Positions 44,123 to 54,813 of a stretch of 64,000 nt of DNA are shown here, in pieces. The position numbers and the translations under genes are program-made. The stretch is from assembly GCA_963705705.1 (NCBI GenBank), contig CAVPKK010000006.1, positions 1 to 64,000 on the forward strand, read 5' to 3'. How positions within the stretch are numbered: the stretch's first letter is position 1; every line of letters starts with the position of its first letter. Below the pieces are notes generated by a model. The model was not told the origin of the DNA. It did not search any database and saw nothing but the letters and a program-made list of their open reading frames with translations. Origin of the DNA: an uncultured bacterium (lineage in GTDB: Bacteria > Babelota > Babeliae > Babelales > JABCYS01).

Positions 44123-45895
44123 TTATAAATATCTGCGGCGACAGGTTTCGAACATCTTTTGCACAAGCCAACTGCACATAGATCTACGTGCGCGGTTAGC
44201 TCTAGTCGTATCAACGACTGAACGTTCGCCGATCATAATTCCCTGTATATCTTCGCCTAATAGGGTTTGGTAATCATCCGCGCGATTACCTAAAGCCATA
44301 ATGTAACGAACATGTTCAGCGGGCATTCTGGGATAAATGTAATCTGCCACTATAGGCGATAAATCTGGTAACAAATGATTATTCACTACCTTATTAATAT
44401 AAACATTAGCTTCGATATATTTTTTTAAATTAGCTAACAATGTTGGATTCTTCTCAACATGTGAAAGCATTCCCATTCCGAACTGGAATGTGAGCGATTC
44501 AGGATGTGAATCCATCGATAAAATCAGTCCGAGCTTTTCACCGCTTTTACTACTACGGACCATGCCCCCACATGTTTCACTACCCCATTCAGCTTTACCG
44601 GGTTTAAGTGATAATTCATCGGCGATAGCCAAAGCCACTGCCGGTGAACCCTGATGCATAATAGCCTGGCAAATATATCTAATCTCTGTTTTGTTATAGC
44701 TATCAGCATATTCATGAATTATTTCATTTTCTTTTAAGTACTCATCACGAGCTGAATTAAATTTGCTTCCCAGAGCTTTCACCAACTTTCGCGCAATAGA
44801 AGGATACTTTTCAACGTGCTGACGATCAGGAATGCCAAGATTTTTGAATAATGGTTGTGCTGCCGATAAATGAGCCACATTACTGAAGGTGCTCAATGCT
44901 TTGAGGACATTCATAATTCTCATCAGCCGAGGCGATGCAGCTTCATGAATAAGCAATAAATCAACAATCTCCTCATGACCGCCGATTGCAGCTAGCGTTA
45001 ACTCATCAAACTGCATAAATAATTCGGCAAATGGTTGTCTTAAATCAAGATCATTAAGTAACTCTATGAGCTTCATTCTGGTGCCCTGATATAGTTCACC
45101 ACAGATATCTTTTTGCAAGCGCCTGCAAATATCTTTCATATCGATCTCGACCATGGGGTCAACCATCCATGAACTAATGGTTATGGGTTGAGATTGAATC
45201 CTTCCACCGAGGATGTATTCATCATTAGCCAAAAGCATGGCCACCATTTTTGTATCGCCGCGAGCAGCAGCTCGCATTAATGGCGTAATCCCTTCATTGG
45301 CGAGCACCAACCGGGACAGTGTGATAATTATTCTTTTTGCAGCCATTGCATTTGCATCATCAATCTTTGCTATGTGATGATTAAAGTTGAGAAGAACCGA
45401 CCGTGCATCAAAGAAGCTATTTGCTATATGAGTGCGAACATACTCAATGTCTCCGTGATCTATTGCTTCAAACAAAGCGATCGAATTCTTCACAATAGAA
45501 ATATGCTCAAGTGCTGTGCTTACCTCAATATAAAGTCCCTTATTGGCCCACTGCTTCAGAAATTTTTTGGTCTCCGCCAGCAAAGCATCGACTCGTTGCT
45601 CATAATATTCTGGACTATATGTCGGTCGATCTGATCCGGATTTGGCATCCGGTGAATTTGTCTCATTATTTTGTGTGTTGCTGGGCATTTCACCAATGGC
45701 ATAGGATCGCGATGCTGGGACGCTGCTGTTGCTTTCTATCGGAAGAACTTTTTCATCTTCTTTATACTCGTTTTCCTTGTAGTCCGAATCTGTATTTGAG
45801 ATGGAATCCGGAACCTGACCAAAATCCTGAGCTGGATGTTGAGTAGCAAAGATTAGTCCAGGGATAAGTAATAGGGTTAGTATTAATTGATTCAT
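44123..45895 (-). CDS. Array gene 9: secreted ankyrin-containing paralogue, CRRRYL tail
   Basis: GITPLMRAA, LAAIGGHEEIVDLLL; HLLPDLSPIVADY. Confidence 0.85.
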   Translation of the reverse strand: MNQLILTLLLIPGLIFATQHPAQDFGQVPDSISNTDSDYKENEYKEDEKVLPIESNSSVPASRSYAIGEMPSNTQNNETNSPDAKSGSDRPTYSPEYYEQRVDALLAETKKFLKQWANKGLYIEVSTALEHISIVKNSIALFEAIDHGDIEYVRTHIANSFFDARSVLLNFNHHIAKIDDANAMAAKRIIITLSRLVLANEGITPLMRAAARGDTKMVAMLLANDEYILGGRIQSQPITISSWMVDPMVEIDMKDICRRLQKDICGELYQGTRMKLIELLNDLDLRQPFAELFMQFDELTLAAIGGHEEIVDLLLIHEAASPRLMRIMNVLKALSTFSNVAHLSAAQPLFKNLGIPDRQHVEKYPSIARKLVKALGSKFNSARDEYLKENEIIHEYADSYNKTEIRYICQAIMHQGSPAVALAIADELSLKPGKAEWGSETCGGMVRSSKSGEKLGLILSMDSHPESLTFQFGMGMLSHVEKNPTLLANLKKYIEANVYINKVVNNHLLPDLSPIVADYIYPRMPAEHVRYIMALGNRADDYQTLLGEDIQGIMIGERSVVDTTRANRARRSMCSWLVQKMFETCRRRYL

Positions 45896-45918
45896 GTTGA
45901 TCTCCATTTATTGTAATG

Positions 45919-47619
45919 CTACAAATTTCTGCGGCGGCAAGCTTCAAACATCTTTTGCATGACCCATCTAAATATAGTTTGGTTATTGGTATGTATAGCT
46001 TGCTGTGCCGGAATATTTCGTACCAATTGCTCGCCTAACATGATGCATTGCATGTCTTCACCTAGTGAAGGGGCATCATGCCTAGTATTGTCTAACGCGA
46101 TGATAGTGCGGACTTGTTCAGCTGGCAGAGATGGATATAAGTAATCAGCAACGATCGGTGCTAGGTCAGATACCAGATGATTCTTAACGGCATTTTTGAT
46201 GTGAATATTACAGTCAATGTATCTTCTTAAATTCCCAAGCAATTCTGGGTTCCAATTAATATGTTTAAGCAAGCTTCTCGCAAGTTGAAAGGTGAGTGAT
46301 TCTGGATGGGAATCCATAGATAGAATCAACCCAATCTTTTCGCCATGTTTACTGGTGAACTGAAACATATCGATATAAGGGTCAGCCTTGGCTGGCTTAT
46401 GCGATAGTTCATCGGCAATTGCAATTGATACTTCTGTTGAGGCAAATTGCATAATAGCCTTACAAATGTGTTCAAAATATGATCGCCCCCTCGCATCAAT
46501 ATCTGCCCACTTCCTTTGATTCTTGGTATCGATATCTTCCCATTTTATTTGATTTTTTGTTTCGAGAGTCTTAACTAACTTTCTCACAATAGATGGATAA
46601 TTTTTAATCTGGGGCCTGCTGATGCCAAGATTTTTAAATAACGGTTGTGCCGCCGGTAAATGAGCTATTCCGCTAAATGCGCTAAGCGTTCGGAGAGTAT
46701 TCATAATATTATCGCAATCTAGCTCGTAATGTGAGCTTTCGCGAGCAAGCAATAAGTCAACAATTTCCTCATGGCCTCCTATTCCAGCAAGGGTTAATTC
46801 ATCAAAATTTAGGAGTAATCCCAAATGATGACTCAATTTACGGTCCCAAACCAACTTTCTAAGATCCATTTTTGAAGCATGAACACAGTCTTTCCTTTGC
46901 AAACGTGTACAAATATCTTTCATATTGATCTCTACGTTCGGCTCAACCATGCATGAGTGAATCTCTATTTGTTTTGTTGGGTTAGCACAAGCTTCATTTT
47001 CATTGTATTGCTCGTTGCTCAAAAACATTTTCACCATACCTGTATCGCCACGAGCCGACGCTCGCATTAATGGTGTAATCCCTTCTTTGCGGAGCAGTAA
47101 CCGCGAAAATATGGACGCATCTCTTTCTCTTCCAAAGTAATAAATAAAATTAGGAATAACTGAACGCACATCATAGAAACTATCCGTTAGGTGAGTGCGA
47201 ACATACTCAATGTCTCCATGATCTATTGCTTCAAATAAAGCGATTGAATCCTTCACTAAAGCAATATCCTCCAAAGCTTTTCTGACCCATACCTTGTCTA
47301 CCTCTTCCCATGCCAGCAAGGTTTTTCTGATTTCGGTCAGCAAAGCTTCTACTCGTTGCTCATAATATTCTTTACTGTGCGTCGGTCGATCAGAGAAACT
47401 AGAAGAATCTTCGTTAGACTCAGAATTTGACACAGAAACTTCCTCTTGTTGTTCAGAATGCATGCTTGCTGGATCACCAATAGCATACGAGCTAGGTGCA
47501 AGCCTGCTGCTTGCTATTTGAGGAACGTGTTCGCCTTGCTTGAATTCAGAGTGAGCCGATTCTTGGCTCGCAATACCCGATCCAGGGATCAGTAGTAAAA
47601 ATAAGATAAATTTCTTCAT
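45919..47619 (-). CDS. Array gene 8: secreted ankyrin-containing paralogue, CRRRNL tail
   Basis: GITPLMRAS, GIGGHEEIVDLLL; HLVSDLAPIVADY; ATGA overlap with gene 7. Confidence 0.85.
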   Translation of the reverse strand: MKKFILFLLLIPGSGIASQESAHSEFKQGEHVPQIASSRLAPSSYAIGDPASMHSEQQEEVSVSNSESNEDSSSFSDRPTHSKEYYEQRVEALLTEIRKTLLAWEEVDKVWVRKALEDIALVKDSIALFEAIDHGDIEYVRTHLTDSFYDVRSVIPNFIYYFGRERDASIFSRLLLRKEGITPLMRASARGDTGMVKMFLSNEQYNENEACANPTKQIEIHSCMVEPNVEINMKDICTRLQRKDCVHASKMDLRKLVWDRKLSHHLGLLLNFDELTLAGIGGHEEIVDLLLARESSHYELDCDNIMNTLRTLSAFSGIAHLPAAQPLFKNLGISRPQIKNYPSIVRKLVKTLETKNQIKWEDIDTKNQRKWADIDARGRSYFEHICKAIMQFASTEVSIAIADELSHKPAKADPYIDMFQFTSKHGEKIGLILSMDSHPESLTFQLARSLLKHINWNPELLGNLRRYIDCNIHIKNAVKNHLVSDLAPIVADYLYPSLPAEQVRTIIALDNTRHDAPSLGEDMQCIMLGEQLVRNIPAQQAIHTNNQTIFRWVMQKMFEACRRRNL

Positions 47620-48443
47620 TCTAATTCCTCATCTTCGTCATCATTCTCTGGGATGGTTAATGCAGTTTCAGCTACATCATGAGGAATCGATATTAGAGCA
47701 TAGTCAGCAACGATATGAGAAAGATCTGCAATAACATTGTATGCGGCTAACGCATCTATAATTTTAGTTCGAGCCATCCTTAGTTGGTTTGGCTGTTCTT
47801 CAATAAATGACCGCAGCTGCGCATGAATAATTGCATTGCGCTTAATTGCACGGAATAGTTCCATTGTAGTGAAGCTTACTTCTGACTTGGGATTGGCATT
47901 GACTGAATGCAATAGCAATATGCCTAACTTTCTTCCGTCAATCTTCCCTTCCCTGACCATTTGCTGGCCTTTAGTTTCCGCAACATCCCTTTTCCCATCT
48001 TTCGCTTTGCGCCAGTGGAACGCTGAATTTATCTTTAAACGTTGCTTAGCTGCACTGAGCGGAGCAAACATACTAGCCATTAGATGTAGCATTTCGCTTG
48101 ATCCTTCGGTGAAGGATTCATGAATCAAATCCCACATATGGCCACGGTAATCGCCGGTAGTAAATGCGCCTTCGTCTCGAGCAATTCTTAATATAAGTTC
48201 AATTTTTTCTAAATAGTTTAGATCATCAATTTTTGGGTAATACATCTTGAATGCAGTTAAGGCATTTTCATTTGCCTTAAGACAATTGCCCATAAGATTA
48301 ATGACGGCTATGTCTCCTTCAGGAATAATAGAAGCTAATTGGGAACCATCCTTGCAAGGCGACACTATATGAGCAGCAGGTGTTGTTGCCAGGGCTATAC
48401 CAGGCACAAATAATAAGGCTAGGAATAACTGTTTAATATTCAT
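47616..48443 (-). CDS. Array gene 7: short secreted paralogue without ankyrin repeats
   Basis: Shared signal peptide; GRKLGILLLHS; NVIADLSHIVADYA. Confidence 0.8.
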   Translation of the reverse strand: MNIKQLFLALLFVPGIALATTPAAHIVSPCKDGSQLASIIPEGDIAVINLMGNCLKANENALTAFKMYYPKIDDLNYLEKIELILRIARDEGAFTTGDYRGHMWDLIHESFTEGSSEMLHLMASMFAPLSAAKQRLKINSAFHWRKAKDGKRDVAETKGQQMVREGKIDGRKLGILLLHSVNANPKSEVSFTTMELFRAIKRNAIIHAQLRSFIEEQPNQLRMARTKIIDALAAYNVIADLSHIVADYALISIPHDVAETALTIPENDDEDEELE

Positions 48444-48477
48444 ATTTAAACTCCATTTTGAATTGGCTATTGCGATA

Positions 48478-50049
48478 TTATTCTTCGGGAATAGCCAAAA
48501 TGCGCTCTTTCATCTCAACAGGCATGAATAGTAAATGATCGTTGACGATATTGGATAACGCAGAAGGTAGATATATTTCCAGCTCGTGATTGGTTTCTTG
48601 TTGATGCGCATTGTAGTGCTCACGAACATATCGTTTGAGCCGCGAAAGAATTAGTTCACGCCCAGCCTGTGGTAGCCACTCAAGCAATTTGCTTTTTGCT
48701 TTATACACCAGCGATTCTGGATGAGCTTGCGCAGAAAGCAATACGCAAGCTTTTTCAAGGTGATTTTCCCATGCGAAACTAAACGCGACATCGGCACTAG
48801 AATTTATTTTATCCGCGAACGATTCGATTATTAACTGGCAAATTTCAGGTGATGCAATCGGTAGAGCTTTTTCAAACAATTCTTTTTCTTGCTTATCGAG
48901 TTGCAAATGTTCACGCGAAATATCATCTTGCAAACCGAAATATATCTTAAGCAATTTTCGCGCAATGATTGGATAATTTTCGCACTTCGGCTTTTGATTA
49001 ATGCCCACGCTATTAAGAAGCGGATTGACCAAATCAGTCTTTGCGGTGTTGGAATACATTACCAAGTTCTCAAGCGCGACCAAAATTTCACTTAACTGAT
49101 AAAACGAATGTTGCGCTGGCAACCATGCACTGAGGAGCAAATCGACAACATCAACATGTCCAGCAACAGCTGCAGTTGCTAGTCTGTTCCATTTTTGTGT
49201 CTTTCCAAACCTAATGAATTCTGCCAAGGGTGTATTACCAATAGCATCGTTGTGCACTCTTTGGTGTTCCGATTGAGCAAAAGTTGCTATGCCGAGAGAA
49301 TTAATCTCAGCATCCAGGTCCACCATTTCTGGTTTAAGTTCACGTGCTGCCCAAAAACATTGGTTTCCATGCTTTTTTCCATGCGCCATTAATGTTTCTA
49401 AAAGCTCTTTATCGCCGCGAGCTGCAATTCTTGTTTCCAGGTCAAAGCCAGAAACGAAATTTCTCATCTCATGGTAAAACTCAGCGGTAAGGGAGGATGG
49501 TCGTTCTGCAAAATCTCTTTCTCTTTCAATGTGCTTGGCAATATTTAAATACTGAGTTCGTTTGTCACACGTTCCGATGGAAGAATTTTCCCCTTTTAGC
49601 GCCTTAACTGCTTCAATATCCCCACATTCTGCAGCCTCGAATAGTGCGATATCTTCTAGATCGCCTTTAATCTGTTGAGCAATTTTATTGGCTTCTTCGC
49701 TTTTAAGAAATTCGCAATATTCCAGAGCGCCCGCAACAATGGCCTCTGCTCGCTGCTTGTAAAACGCAATGCCTTTATTTGGGCGCTGACCTACAACTAA
49801 CCACCATCCAGCTTTTTGGGGTAGCGGTTCCGGTTGTTTACTTTCGCGGTCAGATTCATCTTCTTTTTTTGGTTCAGCCTGATTGCTCGGCAGAACGCCA
49901 ATAGCATAAGACCGAGATGCTGGCATGCTGCTACTTTCTGCCACACGAGGAGCACGTTCGATTTCTTTGTAGTCAGAATGAGCTGATTGGTGGTTCGTAA
50001 AGGCTAGTCCAGGGATGAGTGCTAGGGTTAGGGATATATATTTAAACAT
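48478..50049 (-). CDS. Array gene 6: divergent ankyrin-containing paralogue
   Basis: LFEAAECGDIEAV, AAVAGHVDVVDLLL, NYPIIARKL; YLPSALSNIVNDHL. Confidence 0.85.
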   Translation of the reverse strand: MFKYISLTLALIPGLAFTNHQSAHSDYKEIERAPRVAESSSMPASRSYAIGVLPSNQAEPKKEDESDRESKQPEPLPQKAGWWLVVGQRPNKGIAFYKQRAEAIVAGALEYCEFLKSEEANKIAQQIKGDLEDIALFEAAECGDIEAVKALKGENSSIGTCDKRTQYLNIAKHIERERDFAERPSSLTAEFYHEMRNFVSGFDLETRIAARGDKELLETLMAHGKKHGNQCFWAARELKPEMVDLDAEINSLGIATFAQSEHQRVHNDAIGNTPLAEFIRFGKTQKWNRLATAAVAGHVDVVDLLLSAWLPAQHSFYQLSEILVALENLVMYSNTAKTDLVNPLLNSVGINQKPKCENYPIIARKLLKIYFGLQDDISREHLQLDKQEKELFEKALPIASPEICQLIIESFADKINSSADVAFSFAWENHLEKACVLLSAQAHPESLVYKAKSKLLEWLPQAGRELILSRLKRYVREHYNAHQQETNHELEIYLPSALSNIVNDHLLFMPVEMKERILAIPEE

Positions 50050-50096
50050 TGTTTTCCTCCATCGATTCAAAATAGTTTGTAAAGATTATTGCTTGT

Positions 50097-51311
50097 CTAT
50101 ATAAAGAAATTTTTTCTGGCCTGCTCATTTTTTTCGATGAGTGCTTGAGCACATTGCTTACTGCCGCAATATAATTGCGCAATCCGCTGTTGGCATTTTG
50201 GCGGCAACTGCATAATTTTTTCTTCGATCGCAAGCTGCTTTTGCATCGTGCCTAGATGTTCAATATCTTCTAATGCGGCAACTTCTTCTGGTACTGCCAT
50301 TGCAAGAATGCCATTGATAGTCTCGGCAGGGAGTGAAAATGCAGCATATTGCATAATAATTGGGCTCAGTGCCGGAATAAGACGTTGCTCAACATTCTGT
50401 TTGGTTAGTTGAAGCATTCGCGCAAACTTTTTAAAACGAGCAATGGGATGCTGTGTAAATGTTCTTTCATTATTTATTTCAGCGTGATCAACTTCGCAAT
50501 CAAAGGTATGGTGTTGGAAGCGAATCACACCCGGACATATTCGATATACCGTAGTATCGCCAGGATAGAGTAGAAATAATTGGCTGTGCTGAAGATTATT
50601 GTGATCAAAATAAAAATTAAATAATGGGATGCCACCGGTATAAAATAGGCCGCCAGAATTCTCTTGTAGATTTATTTGCCAATGCATTAGAGTGGGGCGC
50701 CAACCTGCAAACACTTCGGCCAAAGCCTTAAGTTTCTGGGGCGTCATGTATTCTTGCTTTGATAGGTTATTAATGAAGTTAGGGTATAACCATTGCAGCA
50801 TGTGTGATCGGGCAAATAGCAGCAAGATTTTGCGAAATAATTCATGTTGATTAGGGCCTGGCTCTTCAAGAAATCTGTCTAACAACTCATTTATATCAAA
50901 TTGTAAAAACTTCGCTTTACCAGCAAGTAGACGGCGGCTCTTTTCTGCAAGCCTTCCGGGCGTCAAAAGATCCCCTTGCCGGTGCACTATTTCAGCCAGT
51001 TCTGCAAAATTAGGGCGTGCCATTATGGCATTTAAACGATCTTGTACATCTTGCAAGGTAGTTATTTCATCAACATCCTGAATATATTCCTCAGTATCTG
51101 AGTCATCTTCATTTTGGTCACTTTTCCTATGAGCACGTAGTTCCTCAGTGGCGTATGATCTAGACATGGGATAAGTCTCATCAGATTGCTGCAATGCAAT
51201 TTCTTTATATTCCAAATCGGAGTCATCTATATCAGAAGTTTGAGCTGGTTGGCTTGTAGCCAATGCTAGTCCAGGGATGAGCAATAAGGTAAGTGATAGG
51301 TATTTAAACAT
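50097..51311 (-). CDS. Array gene 5: secreted paralogue, subfamily B
   Basis: Shared signal peptide; TGGIPLFNFYFDHNNLQHSQLFLL; RLIPALSPIIMQYA. Confidence 0.85.
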   Translation of the reverse strand: MFKYLSLTLLLIPGLALATSQPAQTSDIDDSDLEYKEIALQQSDETYPMSRSYATEELRAHRKSDQNEDDSDTEEYIQDVDEITTLQDVQDRLNAIMARPNFAELAEIVHRQGDLLTPGRLAEKSRRLLAGKAKFLQFDINELLDRFLEEPGPNQHELFRKILLLFARSHMLQWLYPNFINNLSKQEYMTPQKLKALAEVFAGWRPTLMHWQINLQENSGGLFYTGGIPLFNFYFDHNNLQHSQLFLLYPGDTTVYRICPGVIRFQHHTFDCEVDHAEINNERTFTQHPIARFKKFARMLQLTKQNVEQRLIPALSPIIMQYAAFSLPAETINGILAMAVPEEVAALEDIEHLGTMQKQLAIEEKIMQLPPKCQQRIAQLYCGSKQCAQALIEKNEQARKNFFI

Positions 51312-51351
51312 TGTTTTCCTCCATCGATTAGTTATATAAAGCGCTTCTTTC

Positions 51352-52545
51352 CTATACAGACCTGTTGGCCTGCGCATTTTTTTCGATCAATGCTTGAGCG
51401 CATTGCCTATTACCACAATATAATTGCGCAATTCGCTGTTGGCATTTTGGCGGCAATTGCAAAATTTTCTCTTCGAGCGCAAGTTGCTTTTCCATGGTTC
51501 CTAGATGTTCAATATCTTCTAATGCGTCACTTTCTTGTGGCGCTGTCATAGCAAGAATGCCATTGATAGTCTGGGCAGGGAGCACTAATGCAGCATACTG
51601 CATAACCATTGGGGCAAGTGCTGGAATAAGCCGTTGCTCGACGTTCTGCCTGGTTAGTTGAAGCATCCGTGCAAATTTTTTAAGTCGGACAATGGGATGC
51701 TGTCTAAATATTCTTTGATTGTTTATTGCGGCGCGATTTTCACAATCCAAGGTATGGTGCTGTATGCGGGTTATGCCAGGAGATATTGGATCTACACAAC
51801 TTTTTCCACCAAGGAGCAGAAATAACTGACTATGCTGAAGATTATTGTGATCAAAATAAAAATTAAATAATGGTGTACCCCCAGTAGAAAATTTAATGCC
51901 GTTAAGATCAAAAATACCCTCACACTTAAACCTTTGCCAAAACATTGTTGTAGGATGCCAACCCGCAAATACCTCGGCCAAAGCCTGAAGTTTTCGAGGC
52001 GTCATCCACTGTTGCGACGATAATTTTTTAAGGAAATCAGGATATAATTGTTGTAACATATGTGAGCGGGCAAATAGTAGTAGGATTTTGCGAAATAATT
52101 CATGTTGGTCGGGGCCAGGCTCTTCGAGCCATCTGGGCAATAGGTGATTTATATTTTGTGCCAACAACGCCGCTTTAATTTGAAGTTGTTGACGGGTATT
52201 TTCTGCAAGCCTACGTGGCCTGAAAAGATCTCCTCGCCGATCAATTACATCGAGCTCAGCAAAGTTTGCGCGTGCTATTACGTCATTTAAAAGATCTTGC
52301 ACATATTCCAAGATACTTATTTCATCAACGTCGTCATTTTCCGATTCAAATTCATGTTCGTCTTTATCGCTTTTCGAATCAGCATCAATAGCATATGTTA
52401 CGGGATAAGCCTCATCGGATTGCTGGGATACAATCGCCTTATACTCCAAATCGGAGTCATCTACTTCAGAAGCCTGGGCTGGTTGGCTGGTAGCCAATGC
52501 AAGCCCAGGCATGAGTAATAAGGTTAGTGATAGGCGTTTAAACAT
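51352..52545 (-). CDS. Array gene 4: secreted paralogue, subfamily B
   Basis: Close paralogue of gene 5; RLIPALAPMVMQYA. Confidence 0.85.
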   Translation of the reverse strand: MFKRLSLTLLLMPGLALATSQPAQASEVDDSDLEYKAIVSQQSDEAYPVTYAIDADSKSDKDEHEFESENDDVDEISILEYVQDLLNDVIARANFAELDVIDRRGDLFRPRRLAENTRQQLQIKAALLAQNINHLLPRWLEEPGPDQHELFRKILLLFARSHMLQQLYPDFLKKLSSQQWMTPRKLQALAEVFAGWHPTTMFWQRFKCEGIFDLNGIKFSTGGTPLFNFYFDHNNLQHSQLFLLLGGKSCVDPISPGITRIQHHTLDCENRAAINNQRIFRQHPIVRLKKFARMLQLTRQNVEQRLIPALAPMVMQYAALVLPAQTINGILAMTAPQESDALEDIEHLGTMEKQLALEEKILQLPPKCQQRIAQLYCGNRQCAQALIEKNAQANRSV

Positions 52546-52581
52546 TGTTTTCCTCCAAATGAATTTGCTTCGTAATGAATA

Positions 52582-53625
52582 TTATTCTTTCTTCTTTTTC
52601 TCTTCATTAGCTTGCCGGTGAATAATGGATGAAATTGCCACTGGATCCGGTTGAGCTATTCGCTGTGCTCGTAGTTGTTGAGTAATGTCGTGGTTATTCA
52701 GCGGAATAGGGATTGCTAAGATAGCTGCAGCTTTTTCAACGGGTATTTGTGGTAAAGCATAGTCAGTTACGATACGCGAAAGATCTGGAATGATATTCTG
52801 TTCACCCAAACTATTTTCAATCTCAGCGCTTGCAACTGCTCGTTGTTGAGGATGTGCTGTGACAAATTGTTGCAATTGGTTGAGCAGCTCCAAACGATTT
52901 TCAATATGCAAGCCTATTAATTTTCGGCTGTCAGGGTAATCAGCAAAATCTTGCTGCAAGCGAATGATCTGTTCTGGATAATAATTTCTAACATACTCTA
53001 GCAAACTCTGCGCCATCTTATAAACCACCGATTGAGGATCGGCATTACACGCATGCAAAAACAATATACCTAGTTTTCGCCCGTTTCTTTTTATACCCTC
53101 AGTCAAAATCCTATTAAAATAGTCCTTCTCCGAATAAGAGGAGTTAGAATCAGGGGAGGCCATCACATCGAATGAATTGACACGCGTATCCCAAAAAAAA
53201 CGAGAGCCTGTCTTAAGATGAGCCAATGATTCAGCAACCAGTTGCAACGTCTCATCTGAGCCATTAACCAACACAGCCCGTAGAAAATTTTGCGTTTCCT
53301 TATCATCAAATAATCCGAACTCTTTCGAAGCAAATAATAACATTTCTGTTTTATCTAGATAACGCGCAGCTGGTAGGTTTTGCACAAATTTATTAAAAGC
53401 GGAATGTATGCGAGTCCTACGCAATCCGGATTTAAGTCGATGAATGATATCTTCATCATTTTGCGGGATCGTAAAAGATTGCGAAGCTGTGACTTGTGAA
53501 GCATAACTATCAAACCATGATGCCAACTGGTCAATAATGGTTTCGTCACTGTTAGCAGACTGGCTTGTAGCAAAGGTTAGTCCAGGGATGAGTAATAGGG
53601 CTAGAAATAGGTGTTTAATTTTCAT
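52582..53625 (-). CDS. Array gene 3: secreted paralogue, subfamily A (EEKKKKE tail)
   Basis: GRKLGILFLHACNADPQSVVY; NIIPDLSRIVTDYA. Confidence 0.85.
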   Translation of the reverse strand: MKIKHLFLALLLIPGLTFATSQSANSDETIIDQLASWFDSYASQVTASQSFTIPQNDEDIIHRLKSGLRRTRIHSAFNKFVQNLPAARYLDKTEMLLFASKEFGLFDDKETQNFLRAVLVNGSDETLQLVAESLAHLKTGSRFFWDTRVNSFDVMASPDSNSSYSEKDYFNRILTEGIKRNGRKLGILFLHACNADPQSVVYKMAQSLLEYVRNYYPEQIIRLQQDFADYPDSRKLIGLHIENRLELLNQLQQFVTAHPQQRAVASAEIENSLGEQNIIPDLSRIVTDYALPQIPVEKAAAILAIPIPLNNHDITQQLRAQRIAQPDPVAISSIIHRQANEEKKKKE

Positions 53626-53652
53626 TTTTCCTCCATTTGAACTTGGCCAATA

Positions 53653-54777
53653 TTATTCTTTCTTCTTTTTCTCTTCGTCGTCTTGCCGGCGAGTAATGGG
53701 TGAAATTGCCATTGGGCCTGGTGGAGCTTGTAGCTGTCTGATTGCTGCGGGAACTTGTATAGGTGCATGCGCAGCTATAGCAGCTAGTTGCTGGCCCGGC
53801 AATTGAACAATGTTCTGGTTATTCAAGGGAATAGGTATAGCTAATATAGCCGCAGCTTCTTCGGCTGGTATTTGTGGTAGCGCATAGTCGGCTACGATAC
53901 GCGAAAGATCAGGAATGATATTGTGTTCACCCAAAGCATCTTGAATCTGTGCGCTCGCAGCTGCTCGCTGTTGAGGTTGAGCCGCAACAAACTCCTGCAA
54001 TTGGATGAGCAACTCCACAACATCTTGAAGCGAGCGGCCGTCTAATTCTTGTCGTCCGGGATAATCCGCAAGATTTTGCTGTAATTTGATGATCCTCTTT
54101 GGATAATAATTTTTAACACATTCAAGTAAATTCTGCGCCATAAGATAAACCACCGATTGAGGGTCGGCATAACATGCATGCAAAAATAATATACCAAGCT
54201 TTCGCCCGTTATTTTTTATGCCTTGAGTCAAAATATTTTTAAAATAGCTTGACTTGCAGGAAAAATAGTCAACGGCGTGGGATGTACTACGAATCATCAC
54301 ATCGTCTGGAAGGACAGGCGTATCCCAAGTAAAATTAGGCTCTATTTTAATATGGACTAATGCCTCAGTAACCAATTGCACCATCTCATCTGATACATCC
54401 CTAACCAATATAATCCGTAATAACTTTTGCGTTTCTTCATCATTAAATAAACCCAATTTTTTCGAAGCAGATAATAACAATGCAGTTTTATCTAGATAAC
54501 GCGCAATTGGTAGGCTTTCTAAAAAATTACGGAAAGTGGGATGTACGCGAGTATGGGGGCTATTTATACGCAATCCGGTTTCAAGTCGCGAAATAATATT
54601 TTCATCATTTTGCGGGAACCTAAAAAATGGCGGCGTTGTGACTTGTGTAGCATAATGTTCATATAATCTAGCCCATTGCATTTCGTCAGTATTGATCTCG
54701 CTACTGCTAGCCGGCTGGTTAGTAGCAAAGGTTAGACCGGGGATGAGTAATAAGATTAGTGATAAGGTTTTAAACAT
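53653..54777 (-). CDS. Array gene 2: secreted paralogue, subfamily A (EEKKKKE tail)
   Basis: GRKLGILFLHACYADPQSVVY; NIIPDLSRIVADYA. Confidence 0.85.
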   Translation of the reverse strand: MFKTLSLILLLIPGLTFATNQPASSSEINTDEMQWARLYEHYATQVTTPPFFRFPQNDENIISRLETGLRINSPHTRVHPTFRNFLESLPIARYLDKTALLLSASKKLGLFNDEETQKLLRIILVRDVSDEMVQLVTEALVHIKIEPNFTWDTPVLPDDVMIRSTSHAVDYFSCKSSYFKNILTQGIKNNGRKLGILFLHACYADPQSVVYLMAQNLLECVKNYYPKRIIKLQQNLADYPGRQELDGRSLQDVVELLIQLQEFVAAQPQQRAAASAQIQDALGEHNIIPDLSRIVADYALPQIPAEEAAAILAIPIPLNNQNIVQLPGQQLAAIAAHAPIQVPAAIRQLQAPPGPMAISPITRRQDDEEKKKKE

Positions 54778-54813
54778 TGTTTTCCTCCAAATGAATTTTC
54801 TTCGTAATGAATA

